Source: Ostrea edulis (taxonomy: Eukaryota). Taken from it: a stretch of DNA of 64,000 nt. The position numbers and the translations under genes were made by a program. The notes beneath the pieces are model-generated. The model made no database searches. It was not told the DNA's origin and saw only the letters and a program-made list of their open reading frames with translations. This document shows, piece after piece, positions 63,769-64,000 of this stretch; position 1 is the stretch's first letter; each line of letters starts with the position of its first letter. Location: contig NC_079171.1 of NCBI RefSeq assembly GCF_947568905.1, positions 38,564,001 through 38,628,000 of the forward strand, in the 5' to 3' direction.

Positions 63769-64000
63769 TCACTTACCGGCGCAAGCGAGATTCGAACCCG
63801 CGCCGAGCAGAGGTGAGAGGCAGTGTCATCGCGCTCAAAATCACACTGCCTCTCACCTCTGCTCGGCGCGGGTTCGAATCTCGCTCGCGCTGGTAAGTGA
63901 GAAAGTTTCCCAGTTTACTTGCGGAAGGTCGGTGGTCTCTTCCCAGGTACATTGTATCTGGGTTCTCTCTTCCATCAATAAAAACTGGGCGCCACCATAT
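63769..64000 (+). mobile_element. tRNA-derived SINE with an inverted duplication of its 5' part (runs off the window)
   Basis: B-box GGTTCGAATC at ~63871; conserved-core-like GGAAGGTCGGTGGT...CCATCAATAAAAACTGG; arms 63769-63826 / 63843-63900. Confidence 0.8.

Overview
AT-rich eukaryotic (animal) scaffold with N-gaps, GT-AG introns and repeat families that look like those of bivalve molluscs (probably an oyster; inferred from repeat content, not verified). No prokaryotic features and no CRISPR. Protein-coding content: (1) the 5' part of a secreted PAN/Apple-like + fibrinogen-domain gene (minus strand, 1431 to <1); (2) two intact single-coding-exon GT31 beta-1,3-galactosyltransferase paralogues (17066-18169, 23423-24541, minus) plus three 5' fragments interleaved with a decayed LINE; (3) a convergent (tail-to-tail) pair of paralogous genes with the same intron phases (2/1/1). 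Each has an N-terminal death-effector-domain-like exon and a shared middle domain, but only the plus-strand copy (561 aa, ATG split by an intron) ends in an NHL beta-propeller; the minus-strand copy ends in a short tail. The rest is minisatellites and transposon debris. Highlights are two copies of a minimal type I hammerhead ribozyme, a miniature LTR element (TRIM) with tRNA-like sequence inside both LTRs plus a tRNA-His PBS and a PPT, a ~1 kb insertion with 6-bp direct repeats whose joined ends are complementary to an internal site, and five foldback hairpins. All alignments and folds were done by eye; no database searches were run.
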